Of a stretch of DNA of 64,000 bases, positions 52,327-62,538 are shown piece by piece. How positions within the stretch are numbered: position 1 is the stretch's first letter; every line of letters starts with the position of its first letter. The position numbers and the translations under genes were made by a program. This DNA is from a virus. Below the pieces are notes generated by a model, which was given only the letters and a program-made list of their open reading frames with translations, ran no database searches and was not told where the DNA came from. The DNA is taken from IMG/VR virus record IMGVR_UViG_3300043446_000617, positions 4,219 through 68,218 of that record; one strand, written 5' to 3'.

Positions 52327-52505
52327 GTCAATACACACACAAAATGGTTAATGGCGAACGGGTTGATTTAACACCTGAAGAAATCGCTGAGTTTGAAGCC
52401 CGTGATGCGGCGTATGTACCGCCTATTGCACCTCCCGCACCAACCAAAGAACAACTGCTTGCGCAGCTCAACTCAATTGCGGCCCAAATCCAAGCACTGG
52501 CGTAA
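52323..52505 (+). CDS. Tail fibre chaperone-like small protein
   Basis: VNG..V.LTPEEIAE pattern; ATGA-coupled. Confidence 0.6.
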   Translation: MSQYTHKMVNGERVDLTPEEIAEFEARDAAYVPPIAPPAPTKEQLLAQLNSIAAQIQALA

Positions 52506-52517
52506 CACAACGAAACC

Positions 52518-52670
52518 ATGACGATCGCCTACACCTGGCAGTTTGATTCGCTTGACGTGTTCCCGACATACCAAACAGTAAAAAATATGAAAATATATAA
52601 AAAAGCATTGAGGGATGTTCCTACTCAAGAGGGATTCCCTTGGAACATTACATGGCCTGTTGAGCCATAA
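52518..52670 (+). pseudogene. Chimeric 50-aa remnant of two fibre-accessory genes
   Basis: MTIAYTWQFDSLDVFP fused in frame to YKKALRDVPTQEGFPWNITWPVEP. Confidence 0.5.
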
Positions 52671-52688
52671 TATAGTTAAGGAGCAATC

Positions 52689-54575
52689 ATGGCCGTAACC
52701 AATGAACAAATTTTAAGTTTTCTGACTGCTAATCCTGATCTGACAGATAGTCAGATTGTTGCGGCTATGGAGCAATATGGTGTTTCTCCTGCTCAAATGG
52801 CTCAAGCAGTTGGACTACCAGAGGGTGAAGTTGCTTCTCGTGTAGCGGCTACTGTTCCACCAGGTCAATCTATTACCTTGGGCGACACAATTGTTCAACC
52901 TCAGTATCAAGTTATTGGTTCTGGTGAAGACCAACAAGTCGGTGGTCTTGAAAATGTCTATACCTACAAAGTTGGTGAAAACCAAGTTGGTGGAGCGTAT
53001 AACCAATATAGCGGTACTGGCGAACTGCAACGAACTGGTACTCAACAGAAAGTTGATAGTGGATTAAAAGAGTTTGCTCTTGGTTCTGCTTTGCTTTTTG
53101 GTGGTCTAGGTGGCGGATTTGAAAGCCTATTTGGTGGTGGCGCTCCTACTGTTGGTACTACTGGTTTAACAGAGGCTCAATTAGCGCAACTTGATTTGGC
53201 CTTAGGTGGAGCAGGTGGTACTGCAGGAGCTGAATCTTTGGCCGCAGCATTGAGTACTGGTGCAGGCGTTGGAACACTAACAAACCTTACTGGTGGTAGT
53301 GGAGTTGCAGGCGGTACTGGATTGTTAACCGCTGGTGGCGGAGGCGGTACTGTAGTTGGCATGGGTGGTGGCACAGGATTAACTGTTGCAGGCGCAGGTG
53401 GTCTTGGTGGCGCTACAGGAGCGGCTGGTCTTGGTGGTGGATTAGGAACAGGACTAACAACGGCTGGGTTAGGAGGCTTGGGTGCGGCAGGCACAGGCGC
53501 AGGCATTACAGCAGGTACAGGTTTAGGTACTGGTGTTCTAACAGGCTCAAATCTTGGCACTGCTTTGGCAGGAGTTGGTTCAGCACTTGGTACTGGATTA
53601 AAAACAAGCAATCTTGCTAATTTATTCTCTGGTGGACTAGGCACAACAGGCAATCTGCTTCAGATGCAACAATCTAAAGAAGCGGCTCAACGTGCGCAAC
53701 AGATGATTGATGCTGAAACTGCTGCTGCCAAACAAGCGGCTCAGTTCCGTCCTGTTGGCATGACCACTCGTTTTGGTACTTCACAGTTCACAGTCGATCC
53801 AGTTACAGGTCAATTGACAAGCGCAGGCTACACATTGAGTCCTGAATCTAAGAATGCTCAAGACCGATTGGTAGCATTGGCTGAACAAGGTTTACAGCAA
53901 GCAGAAGGCGCTCAACAGCAGTTTGCTCCTTTGCAGACAGGTGCGCAGAACTTGTTTAACCTTGGCAATCAATACATTGCTCAATCTCCTCAAGAAGTTG
54001 CTCAGAACTATCTGAATCAACAGATGGCTTTGTTGCAACCTGGTCGTGAGTTGGAATTGGCTAACTTGCAAAACAAACTGCAACAACAAGGTCGTGGCGG
54101 TTTAGCGGTTGCTCAAGGTGGCACTTATGGCGCTACAACTCCTGAACTACAGGCTTTGTATAACGCTCGTGCAATGCAAGAGGCTCAATTGGCGGCTCAA
54201 GCTCAACAAGCAGGTCAACAACAAGTCGCATTTGGTGCGGGTCTGCTGGGTACTGGTGCGCAAACAATGGGTCAGTACTATGGTGGTCAGCAAGCGGCTT
54301 ACCAACCATACACAACTGCTTTGGGTCAGGTTCAAGGTTTGGAGGCTGCAGCACAGCAACCATTAACAACAGGCATCAACTTAGGACAAATTAGTTCTCA
54401 AGCAGGCGCAAATGTTGGTCGCTTAGGTTTGACAGGCGCTCAACTCAGCACCAACATGGCAACAAGTGCAAATGCTACTGCCAATCCTTATGCTCAAGCA
54501 TTGATGGCGGCAGGCAATCCAAATGCTATGTTTGGTCAGGCGCTTGGTAATGTGTTTGGCGGTTTATTTTCGTAA
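52689..54575 (+). CDS. Gly-rich ejection protein
   Basis: Homologue at 20269. Confidence 0.7.
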   Translation: MAVTNEQILSFLTANPDLTDSQIVAAMEQYGVSPAQMAQAVGLPEGEVASRVAATVPPGQSITLGDTIVQPQYQVIGSGEDQQVGGLENVYTYKVGENQVGGAYNQYSGTGELQRTGTQQKVDSGLKEFALGSALLFGGLGGGFESLFGGGAPTVGTTGLTEAQLAQLDLALGGAGGTAGAESLAAALSTGAGVGTLTNLTGGSGVAGGTGLLTAGGGGGTVVGMGGGTGLTVAGAGGLGGATGAAGLGGGLGTGLTTAGLGGLGAAGTGAGITAGTGLGTGVLTGSNLGTALAGVGSALGTGLKTSNLANLFSGGLGTTGNLLQMQQSKEAAQRAQQMIDAETAAAKQAAQFRPVGMTTRFGTSQFTVDPVTGQLTSAGYTLSPESKNAQDRLVALAEQGLQQAEGAQQQFAPLQTGAQNLFNLGNQYIAQSPQEVAQNYLNQQMALLQPGRELELANLQNKLQQQGRGGLAVAQGGTYGATTPELQALYNARAMQEAQLAAQAQQAGQQQVAFGAGLLGTGAQTMGQYYGGQQAAYQPYTTALGQVQGLEAAAQQPLTTGINLGQISSQAGANVGRLGLTGAQLSTNMATSANATANPYAQALMAAGNPNAMFGQALGNVFGGLFS

Positions 54576-54584
54576 GGAATCATC

Positions 54585-55883
54585 ATGGCAGAAAATATAG
54601 TAGCAGGCTTGTTTGGCATGACTCCTGATATGTATCAGCGTCAACAGTATCAACAAGACTTAAAAACAGGCTATGAACTTGCCAAACTAGACCCTGGTGC
54701 TGCTGCTCGTGCGCAATTAGGTGCAAATATTGGCCAATTAGGTCGTGGTATTGCAGGTGCTATGGGTGTACAAGACCCACAACTACAGTTGATTAGCGCA
54801 AGACAATCTATTGCCAAGCAGATTGACCAAACGAATCCAGAATCGATTCTAAAAGGCGCACAAATGTTGGCTCAAATGGGTGACCAACAAGGTGCGTTTG
54901 CTCTTGCAGATGTTGCTCGTAAGGCACAAAGCGAAATGGCTTTGATGCAACAACGACAGGCTGCTCAACAAGCTTCTTTGGCTACTGCGGCTAAGACTCA
55001 ATTGTCTATCAAGCAAGAAGAGCAATTGCGTGATGAGTTGTCTAAATTGCCACAAGATGCTACTTCAGACCAGATTTTGTCTGTTGTTACCAAGTATGGC
55101 TCACCAGATAAAGTGCTTGCTGCATTGCAAAGTTCAGCAGATAAAGCTACCGCAAATCAAGCCCGTATAGATGCGGCTAAGATTGCCGCTGATGCACGAA
55201 TTGATGCCGCTCGTGAGGCAGGTGCAAATCGTATTCAGATTGCTCAAATGCAAGCAGATTCACGCCGTGATATTGCGATGATGCAACAGGCTTTTAAAGA
55301 GTCACAGTTAAATCAGCCAATTAGTCCTAAAGACCTGCAAAAGAGAGAGGCTGCATATCCTCAAGCAACTTCTGCACTTAAAGGCTTTGAAGACAAAGCA
55401 GATTCCTTTGTTAAAGATATTGAGAAACTGCGTGATCACCCTGGTCTTTCAGAGATTACAGGTATTGCCGCAGGTCGACTGCCTGGTTTAACAGCAAATG
55501 GTCGTGCAGCTCAAGCCTTGTATGACAAGATTGTTGCTAAAGGTGGCTTCCAAGCTTTGCAAGACCTTCGTGATGCCTCTAAAACTGGCGGTGCTTTGGG
55601 TAATGTGTCTAATCAAGAGGGCAAACAACTTACTGCTTCATTTGCGGCTATTGATCGCAGACAAAATGCTAAAGATGTTAAAGAGGCTCTTAACCAAGCT
55701 ATTGGCGATATTGAAGGCTCTAAGACTCGACTCAAAGAGGCTTATGACATGACATATGCCTATAGAACTGAGAGAATTGGTAAAGCCTTATCTCCTCAGG
55801 ATCAGCAGGCTTTGGAATGGGCAAATGCTAATCCTAAAGATGCTCGTTCTGCACAAATTAAGAAACGCCTTGGAGTCCAATAA
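54585..55883 (+). CDS. Ejection protein
   Basis: Homologue at 22240. Confidence 0.7.
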   Translation: MAENIVAGLFGMTPDMYQRQQYQQDLKTGYELAKLDPGAAARAQLGANIGQLGRGIAGAMGVQDPQLQLISARQSIAKQIDQTNPESILKGAQMLAQMGDQQGAFALADVARKAQSEMALMQQRQAAQQASLATAAKTQLSIKQEEQLRDELSKLPQDATSDQILSVVTKYGSPDKVLAALQSSADKATANQARIDAAKIAADARIDAAREAGANRIQIAQMQADSRRDIAMMQQAFKESQLNQPISPKDLQKREAAYPQATSALKGFEDKADSFVKDIEKLRDHPGLSEITGIAAGRLPGLTANGRAAQALYDKIVAKGGFQALQDLRDASKTGGALGNVSNQEGKQLTASFAAIDRRQNAKDVKEALNQAIGDIEGSKTRLKEAYDMTYAYRTERIGKALSPQDQQALEWANANPKDARSAQIKKRLGVQ

Positions 55884-57940
55884 TGGCTACTTTTGACCCA
55901 GATGCATATTTAGCGCAATCAGGCGGTTTTGACCCAGACAAGTATTTGGGTGCAGAAAAGCCTGCTGAAAAGCCTATTGCTGATGAAACACAAAGGTTGG
56001 CTGCACGATATCCTGCGCCTCCTTCTGGACAAATACCAGGCTATGGAAAACCTGTTCCTGCTGCCAAGAATGAGCAAAAACTTAGTTTAAGTGAGTTGTT
56101 ATACAGAAACATTGCCAAACCTGTTGTTGCTCCTACTGTTGAAGCATTGGGAGCGGTTGGTGGTGGTCTTTTAGGCACTCCACTAGGCCCTGCTGGTGTT
56201 GTTGGTGGTGCAGGTCTTGGCTATGGAATGGCTAAAGAAGCGCTTAAATTGGGCGACATTTATCTTGGTGGAATGACACCAGAACAAGCCCAAACAGAAC
56301 CAGTAAAGAATATTCTTGAAGGTGCTACTTATGAGGCAGGTGGCCGTGTTGTAGCGCCATTGCTTGCTAAAGGTTTAGGCAAGGTTGTTGACACTGTAAC
56401 TGCATCATCTAAACAAAAAGCTGCTACTTTGGCGCAGTTAGCTCTTGGAAAAGACTTGCCAGAGGTGCTAAATACTCTTAAAAATGCACCACCAAATGCC
56501 AGTGTTGCAGAAATTACAGCATCTTTTAACAATCCAACTTGGCAAGCATTGATTGATGATGCCTTGCAAAAAGACCCACAATTCTTGCGTAAGATTCGTT
56601 TGTTTAACGAAGATGAGTCATTGAAGGCTTTGTCTAAGTTGGCAGGCGGTGAGAATGCTGCAGAGGTTCGTTCTGTTGCTGAAAAAGCTAAGTCTGCTCT
56701 TACTGCGGTTACAACTCCTGCTAGAGAAGGCGCATTGGATCGGGCAAATCTTGGTAAAGCAGTTGCTGAATATGAAGCACAAGCGGGTCAACTATCCGCA
56801 GATGCTGCAGCCAAGGTTGCCGATGTTCGTAGATTGATTAATGCTGGTGAACTGGCAGAAGCTGCAGGTCGACTTGAGTTAATCAAGAAGGGCATTCCTG
56901 TTGGATTTACCAAATATACCTACAAAGGTGAGTTGGCTCAAATGGCTGACAACTGGGCTTCTCAAGCGGCAAATGCTTCTTTGGATTTAGGTCAAGGCGC
57001 TCGTTTTGCTCAAGGCGCTGCAGATGCACTTCGCTCTGTTGGAATTAAACCAATCGAAGGCGCTTCATTGGCACAACGAATTTCTGCCATTGGCAACAAT
57101 CCTCGTTTTGCTGGTGATGATGTCCTTGTTGGTGCAGTAAAGAATGTTGCTGATGACATTGCCAAATGGACTAACAATGGTGGTGTTGTTGATGCAGTGG
57201 CTTTAGATGCTATTCGCAAGAACTCTGTGAACGCTGCTATTCAAAAGTTACGACCAGGCATTGACGCTACATCACAGAGAAACCTTGCCTCTAAGGTTCT
57301 TGGTGATATCAGGCCAATCATTGTTGATGCAATCGAAGAGTCTGGCGGTAAAGGCTATCGTCAATATCTTGCTGATTACACAAAAGGTATGGAGAAGATT
57401 GCTGAACGCAAACTATCTGGTGAAGCTTTGAGATTGTGGAAAACCAACAAAGATGGCTTTATTCGTTTGGTTCAGAATGAGTCTCCTGAAGAGGTTGAAA
57501 AGATTCTTGGACCAGGCAAGTACAACATTGCTACAGAGTTGGCAGACAACTCAATGGCTGTATTGCGTGACCAAGCCAATAAGCAATTGACAAAGATGTC
57601 TGTCAAAGAGCAAGTGAGCGAAGGCAAGACTGCACTTTCTCAGCTTCTCAAGCAACAGACTTCATTTATTCGCTTGCCTTCTTATCTAAGTGTTTTGGCA
57701 TCCTCAACTAATAAGGTAATTAGCGAGTTGGAAAGAGCGGTTGGTTTGAAGACAATGAAGACTTTGACAGAAGCCATGAAAACACCAGAAGGTGCAGCAG
57801 ATTTGTTATCTACATTGCCTACTGCTGAACGAAATCGAGTGCTAAGTATTTTGGCAAACCCAGACCAATGGAGTCCAACTGTTAGCACTTCTGCAAGCTC
57901 TACTTTGAGGGGAGCAATGCAATCTAAGGAAGAGCAGTAA
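55883..57940 (+). CDS. Large ejection protein
   Basis: Homologue at 23538. Confidence 0.7.
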   Translation: MATFDPDAYLAQSGGFDPDKYLGAEKPAEKPIADETQRLAARYPAPPSGQIPGYGKPVPAAKNEQKLSLSELLYRNIAKPVVAPTVEALGAVGGGLLGTPLGPAGVVGGAGLGYGMAKEALKLGDIYLGGMTPEQAQTEPVKNILEGATYEAGGRVVAPLLAKGLGKVVDTVTASSKQKAATLAQLALGKDLPEVLNTLKNAPPNASVAEITASFNNPTWQALIDDALQKDPQFLRKIRLFNEDESLKALSKLAGGENAAEVRSVAEKAKSALTAVTTPAREGALDRANLGKAVAEYEAQAGQLSADAAAKVADVRRLINAGELAEAAGRLELIKKGIPVGFTKYTYKGELAQMADNWASQAANASLDLGQGARFAQGAADALRSVGIKPIEGASLAQRISAIGNNPRFAGDDVLVGAVKNVADDIAKWTNNGGVVDAVALDAIRKNSVNAAIQKLRPGIDATSQRNLASKVLGDIRPIIVDAIEESGGKGYRQYLADYTKGMEKIAERKLSGEALRLWKTNKDGFIRLVQNESPEEVEKILGPGKYNIATELADNSMAVLRDQANKQLTKMSVKEQVSEGKTALSQLLKQQTSFIRLPSYLSVLASSTNKVISELERAVGLKTMKTLTEAMKTPEGAADLLSTLPTAERNRVLSILANPDQWSPTVSTSASSTLRGAMQSKEEQ

Positions 57941-58032
57941 TGAAAGACTGGCTGTTTGCATTTTGTGCAGCAGCCTGTATTTCAGCGTTTGTGATATTTT
58001 GTAGTATTGTTATTGTTTGGGCATTTCCGTGA
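57940..58032 (+). CDS. 30-aa membrane peptide
   Basis: MKDWLFAFCAAACISAFVIFCSIVIVWAFP. Confidence 0.55.
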   Translation: MKDWLFAFCAAACISAFVIFCSIVIVWAFP

Positions 58033-58142
58033 TCGCCTTTCTCTTGGCGGCAACCATAGAGTACCGATGTATTAAGTGGACTTGGACTGGTGATGTGTAT
58101 AACCGAAGGGTTGTATGCTTGAAGTGGGAGAGAAAGAAGTGA
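58029..58142 (+). CDS. 37-aa two-Cys peptide
   Basis: GTGA-coupled at both ends; YRCIKWTWTGDVYNRRVVCLKW. Confidence 0.5.
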   Translation: MIAFLLAATIEYRCIKWTWTGDVYNRRVVCLKWERKK

Positions 58143-58642
58143 TACCGATTGATCCGATAACGGCTTTAAATGGGCTACAAAGTGCCATTTCGATGGTCAA
58201 GAAGGCGAGTAAGGTCGCCAATGATTTGGGTTCTCTTGCTCCGATGTTGGGCAAGATGTTTGATGCCAAGAGTCAGGCTACCAAAGCCATGCTTCAGGCT
58301 AAAACAAGCAAGAAAGGCTCTAACATGGGAGCCGCTCTTGAGATTGAGATGGCTCTTGAGCAAGCCAGAGCATTTGAAGAAGAGTTAAAGATGCTCTTCA
58401 TGCAGACAGGTAAGATTGATGTCTGGAATAAGATTAAAGCCCGTCAAGCAGAGATGGACTTGGCTGATGCCAAAGAATTAAGTGCTTTAAAGAAGGCTGA
58501 AAAAGAAGCCAAAGCCAAAGAGCAAGAACTGCAAGAGTGGGCAATGATCATTGGCGGTGTATTCTTCGTCTTGTTTTTGATTGTTGTTGGCGTGAATGAG
58601 ATGATGGACTTTTGCCAATCCACCAGAAGGTGTGGTAGATGA
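58139..58642 (+). CDS. Coiled-coil membrane protein (IDPIT N-terminus)
   Basis: C-terminal TM helix; lysis region. Confidence 0.7.
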   Translation: MIPIDPITALNGLQSAISMVKKASKVANDLGSLAPMLGKMFDAKSQATKAMLQAKTSKKGSNMGAALEIEMALEQARAFEEELKMLFMQTGKIDVWNKIKARQAEMDLADAKELSALKKAEKEAKAKEQELQEWAMIIGGVFFVLFLIVVGVNEMMDFCQSTRRCGR

Positions 58643-58794
58643 ATGAGTACCAAAAGACATTTGATCTGGCTCTGAAGATCATTGTTTATGGTCTTGTGGC
58701 ACTTTATTTCCTTGGGTTTTTGCAGTTCTTACCCAATGATTTGTCGGACAAAATAGTCAATCTTTTGCTTGGAAAGGTAGGACTTGGGAAATGA
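58639..58794 (+). CDS. 51-aa membrane protein
   Basis: Hand-translated; ATGA-coupled. Confidence 0.55.
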   Translation: MNEYQKTFDLALKIIVYGLVALYFLGFLQFLPNDLSDKIVNLLLGKVGLGK

Positions 58795-58958
58795 GAATTA
58801 CCACTTATCAACAAAATGCTCAAATGTTGTGGGAGGCTCAAAGGGTGATCCACCAACAGAATATGCAGCGTTTGGCAGAGTTAAATCGACAAGCTGACCA
58901 ACAAAAGAAAGCCTATGAGATTAAGACTCAATGGCAAAAGGTAGATGTTTATGTTTAA
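58791..58958 (+). CDS. Q-rich small protein
   Basis: Hand-translated; ends KVDVYV. Confidence 0.55.
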   Translation: MRITTYQQNAQMLWEAQRVIHQQNMQRLAELNRQADQQKKAYEIKTQWQKVDVYV

Positions 58959-59157
58959 GTATCTACTTATATTTGTAGCTTTTATGCTACAAGGCTGTGA
59001 AGAAAAGTATCGATATTTTTGTCAGAACCCAGATAACTTTCATGCCGAACAATGCCAAAAGCCTAAGTGTCAGTTTACTCAGACTTGCCCAGAGTACTTA
59101 GTAGCACCAATCTTGGAGAAAAAAGTTAATGATGTCCCATCAGAAAATGTCCGTTGA
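58951..59157 (+). CDS. Small lipoprotein
   Basis: Lipobox LQGC; homologue at 26886. Confidence 0.75.
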   Translation: MFKYLLIFVAFMLQGCEEKYRYFCQNPDNFHAEQCQKPKCQFTQTCPEYLVAPILEKKVNDVPSENVR

Positions 59158-59641
59158 GGATTTCGAAGTAAGAATTTGGGGCTTTGTTGTGATTGCAGTC
59201 ACACTTATCCTCATGTTCATTGTTGGTGCGCTACTGTATTCTGTCACCTTTGTGACACAACCAATCAAGAGCATGGCTCCTATTGACCAAGCCTATACCA
59301 AGATGCTGAACGACATTGTTCTGTTGATTGTGGGTGGTATTGGTGGTGTTATCGGTAAAAGGGCTGTAAATGGCGCTGCAAGGGCTTTAGGAGCGCCAAA
59401 TCCACCTCAGATGATGCAACCTATGTGTCATTCAATGCAAGGCTCATACGGCTCTTCTTACGCACCCCCGCAATCTGCGTATGGTTTGCCAAGCCAACCT
59501 TTTGGTGCAATGCCTGTTTGGAAGAACCCAGAACTAGATGAATCTTGGACACCTGGCCCACCACCAACAACCCCACCAGACCATTTGGAAGACGACAATG
59601 ATCGTGTTCAATTGGCTATTGCTCGTCAGGAGGCTGAATAA
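59129..59641 (+). CDS. Two-TM holin-like protein
   Basis: Homologue at 27058. Confidence 0.55.
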   Translation: MMSHQKMSVEDFEVRIWGFVVIAVTLILMFIVGALLYSVTFVTQPIKSMAPIDQAYTKMLNDIVLLIVGGIGGVIGKRAVNGAARALGAPNPPQMMQPMCHSMQGSYGSSYAPPQSAYGLPSQPFGAMPVWKNPELDESWTPGPPPTTPPDHLEDDNDRVQLAIARQEAE

Positions 59642-60132
59642 TGATACCTTTACCTTGGTTAATCGTTGGTGTTTTGGTATCTCTCTTTGGTACATACCGA
59701 GTTGGACACCATTATGGGTGGCTAGAGCGTGATAACGACATGAAACTAGCCATTGCCAAAAAGAATGATGAAGCTCGCCAGATCGAGCGCAACATGACTG
59801 AGAAACTTAACCAACAATCTGCCAAACTTCAGGAGGCTAATGATGCTATCAACAAAAAGACTACCGCTCTTGCTGCTGCCAATCGTGCTGGCAAGTTGCG
59901 CCTCTGCCCCACAAGTAACGTATCAACCCCCGCAAATACCGCCTCTACCAGCGCAGATTCAAAAGCAACCAGTCAATCTAATGGACAGGCTGACCAACCT
60001 TCTGATGCCGAAAGAGCAACCATCGAAGCCATCGCAGAAATAGTAGCGCAGGGGGATCGCAATACTGCCGCTTTGAATGCTTGTGTGGATTCGTATCAAC
60101 AGATGAGAGATTTACTAAATGTCGGTAAATAA
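59641..60132 (+). CDS. Rz: i-spanin
   Basis: Homologue at 27555. Confidence 0.8.
   Translation: MIPLPWLIVGVLVSLFGTYRVGHHYGWLERDNDMKLAIAKKNDEARQIERNMTEKLNQQSAKLQEANDAINKKTTALAAANRAGKLRLCPTSNVSTPANTASTSADSKATSQSNGQADQPSDAERATIEAIAEIVAQGDRNTAALNACVDSYQQMRDLLNVGK
59840..60043 (+). CDS. Rz1: Embedded o-spanin lipoprotein
   Basis: Lipobox LASC; Pro-rich. Confidence 0.78.
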   Translation: MMLSTKRLPLLLLPIVLASCASAPQVTYQPPQIPPLPAQIQKQPVNLMDRLTNLLMPKEQPSKPSQK

Positions 60133-60718
60133 AGACCAACTTATACAACTTCATATCGACCCTGTTTGGGAAGGGCCGTTAAACACTACTTTTGACAGGT
60201 TTGACATCTCTACGCCACTTCGCCAAGCCGCTTTCATTGGTCAATGCTCTCATGAGAGTGGTAACTTTAAGATGTTGAGTGAAAACCTGAACTATCGTGC
60301 AGAAACTTTGATGAAAGTCTGGCCGAAAAGGTTTCCAACTCTTGAGTTTGCCAAGCAATATGAGCGCAATCCTCAAAAAATTGCCAATTCTGTTTACGCC
60401 AATCGTATGGAAAACAGAGATGAGGCTTCTGGGGACGGGTATCGCTTTCGAGGCAGGGGACTTTTCCAGCTAACTGGACACGCAGGGTACTATCACGCAG
60501 GACAAGCCCTTGGAGAAGATTTTGTGATGAATCCAGACCTAGTTGCTACACCTCAGTACGCTGCTTTAACCGCAGGATGGTTCTGGAATACCCATAAACT
60601 GAACCAATTTGCTGATTCCCGTGACTACAAGATGATGACCAAAAAGATCAATGGTGGCTTTATTGGTTTGGCAGATAGAGAAAAGCATATAAATCATGCA
60701 CTTGTGGTATTGACTTAA
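60119..60718 (+). CDS. GH19 endolysin
   Basis: HESGNF, RGRGLFQLTG, INGG. Confidence 0.9.
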   Translation: MSVNKDQLIQLHIDPVWEGPLNTTFDRFDISTPLRQAAFIGQCSHESGNFKMLSENLNYRAETLMKVWPKRFPTLEFAKQYERNPQKIANSVYANRMENRDEASGDGYRFRGRGLFQLTGHAGYYHAGQALGEDFVMNPDLVATPQYAALTAGWFWNTHKLNQFADSRDYKMMTKKINGGFIGLADREKHINHALVVLT

Positions 60719-60749
60719 AGTAGTCATATTGTTTGACTATGGTGCTGTA

Positions 60750-61124
60750 ATGCCTAACATACCCACCCCAAAAGACGTTGAAATCTTCGCTCAGTCGATC
60801 AAAAAGTGGCAAGAAGTATTGTCTCTTGGAGATTGGAGGATTGAGAAGGGCATGAAGCCTGCTAAACAAGCAATGGCTTCTGTTGAATTCAACGATGTTG
60901 CAAGACTGGCTACCTATCGATTAGGTGATTTTGGTGCTGAGAAGATCACACCAGAGAGCCTAGATAAGACTGCTTTGCATGAGTGTTTGCACATCTTTTT
61001 GCATGATTTGTTAATCGTTGCTCAAGATGCAAAGTCTTCTGAAGATGATGTTTCCATGCAGGAACACAGAATTGTTAACTTGTTAGAAAACTTGCTTACA
61101 AAGGATTCCAATGGGCGCACATAA
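60750..61124 (+). CDS. HExxH zinc-peptidase-like protein
   Basis: ALHECLH plus downstream E; likely start at ATG 60750. Confidence 0.6.
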   Translation: MPNIPTPKDVEIFAQSIKKWQEVLSLGDWRIEKGMKPAKQAMASVEFNDVARLATYRLGDFGAEKITPESLDKTALHECLHIFLHDLLIVAQDAKSSEDDVSMQEHRIVNLLENLLTKDSNGRT

Positions 61125-62097
61125 TCAAAGTTGCTCGGATGCTGAGTTTATAAAGTTATGGGCTGAATTACAGTCGGCTTCAGCAGTTGGCAAACATTTA
61201 GGAATCCATACTCGTGCCGTATTTTTGCGTAGAAGGTGGATAGAAGACCACTACAAGATTAAATTAGCATCTGCCGATGTTCGTGCTGTTTACTACGAAA
61301 AAAAGCGTCAAAAGTCTTTCTCTCCCCTAAAGCAAATAGAACTTGGCATAGAGGATGGCGTGGTCTTGGTGTTCTCTGATGCCCACTTCATACCTGGTCA
61401 ACGCTCTACAGCCTTTAAAGGGCTTTTATGGGCTATTCAAGAGTTCAAGCCTAAAGCCGTGATCTGTAATGGTGATGCCTTTGATGGTGCGTCTATATCT
61501 CGGTATGGCGCAACAGAACTGCCTCAAACTTCTGTCATTCAAGAATTGAAGGCTTGTCAGGCTATGCTTGGAGAAATTGAGGAAGCAGCCAAAGCCGAAA
61601 GACACAATGTAAAGCTAATATTTACATTTGGTAATCACGATGATCGGTTTGCCTCTAGGTTAGCCAACCATGCGCCACAATTCAAAGAGGTTCAGGGATT
61701 TAAGTTGTCAGACCATATCCCAGATTGGGAGTTTTGTTGGGCTTGTTGGCCTACCCAGAATGTGATTGTGAAGCATCGGTTTAAAGGTGGTATTCACGCA
61801 ACCCATAACAATACTGTCAACGCTGGTGTTTCTATCGTAACTGGACACCTACACTCTCTCAAAGTAACACCATTTTCTGACTACAACGGCAATCGTTATG
61901 GTGTTGATACAGGAACTTTGGCAGAGCCAGATGGCCCACAGTTCACTTATGGTGAGTTAAACCCAACTAATCACAGGTCAGGCTTTGCGGTACTGACCTT
62001 TTTTAATGGTCATCTACTATGGCCTGAACTAGTCCATAAGTTTGATGAGGGAATGGTGGAGTTTCGAGGTGAAGTGATTGATGTGAGCGAACTATGA
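61111..62097 (+). CDS. Calcineurin-like metallophosphoesterase with HTH-like N-terminus
   Basis: SDAH, GD..D, GNHD, GHLH. Confidence 0.85.
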   Translation: MGAHNQSCSDAEFIKLWAELQSASAVGKHLGIHTRAVFLRRRWIEDHYKIKLASADVRAVYYEKKRQKSFSPLKQIELGIEDGVVLVFSDAHFIPGQRSTAFKGLLWAIQEFKPKAVICNGDAFDGASISRYGATELPQTSVIQELKACQAMLGEIEEAAKAERHNVKLIFTFGNHDDRFASRLANHAPQFKEVQGFKLSDHIPDWEFCWACWPTQNVIVKHRFKGGIHATHNNTVNAGVSIVTGHLHSLKVTPFSDYNGNRYGVDTGTLAEPDGPQFTYGELNPTNHRSGFAVLTFFNGHLLWPELVHKFDEGMVEFRGEVIDVSEL

Positions 62098-62237
62098 GTT
62101 CTTGGCTCATCATTTTGACAGGAGCAATCTACGCCTACATAGCTGGTGAACAACTATGGAAAGATAACCCACATATGGCTATTGTGTACGCAGGGTACGC
62201 ATTTTCAAATGTGGGTCTTTACTTACTTGCTAAGTAA
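62094..62237 (+). CDS. 47-aa two-helix membrane peptide
   Basis: Hand-translated MSSWLIILTGAIY...GYAFSNVGLYLLAK; ATGA-coupled. Confidence 0.6.
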   Translation: MSSWLIILTGAIYAYIAGEQLWKDNPHMAIVYAGYAFSNVGLYLLAK

Positions 62238-62538
62238 CGTCCTTCTGAAATATTCCATTGGGCAATAGAGTTCCCCTACGATTCTTGATCTGATCGTATG
62301 CTACTTCCATACAGTCTACCAGATTGATGTCCTGTAGAGCGCAATAGTTGATAAGACAAACCATCACATCTCCCACGGCATCAATGACTGCTTCCCGATC
62401 TTTTTTAATGGTCGCATCTGCCAGTTCTCCCATCTCGGATACTGCTTTGAGAAGCTGAGATTCTGGGTTGCTATTGGGAATAATTCGTCTTTGCTGCGCC
62501 CAAATTATTATCTTGTTTTCTATATCTGCGTAACTCAT
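62230..62538 (-). CDS. MazG-like NTP pyrophosphohydrolase
   Basis: K..SE.GEL, DAVGD, AY.QIK.R. Confidence 0.8.
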   Translation of the reverse strand: MSYADIENKIIIWAQQRRIIPNSNPESQLLKAVSEMGELADATIKKDREAVIDAVGDVMVCLINYCALQDINLVDCMEVAYDQIKNRRGTLLPNGIFQKDVT

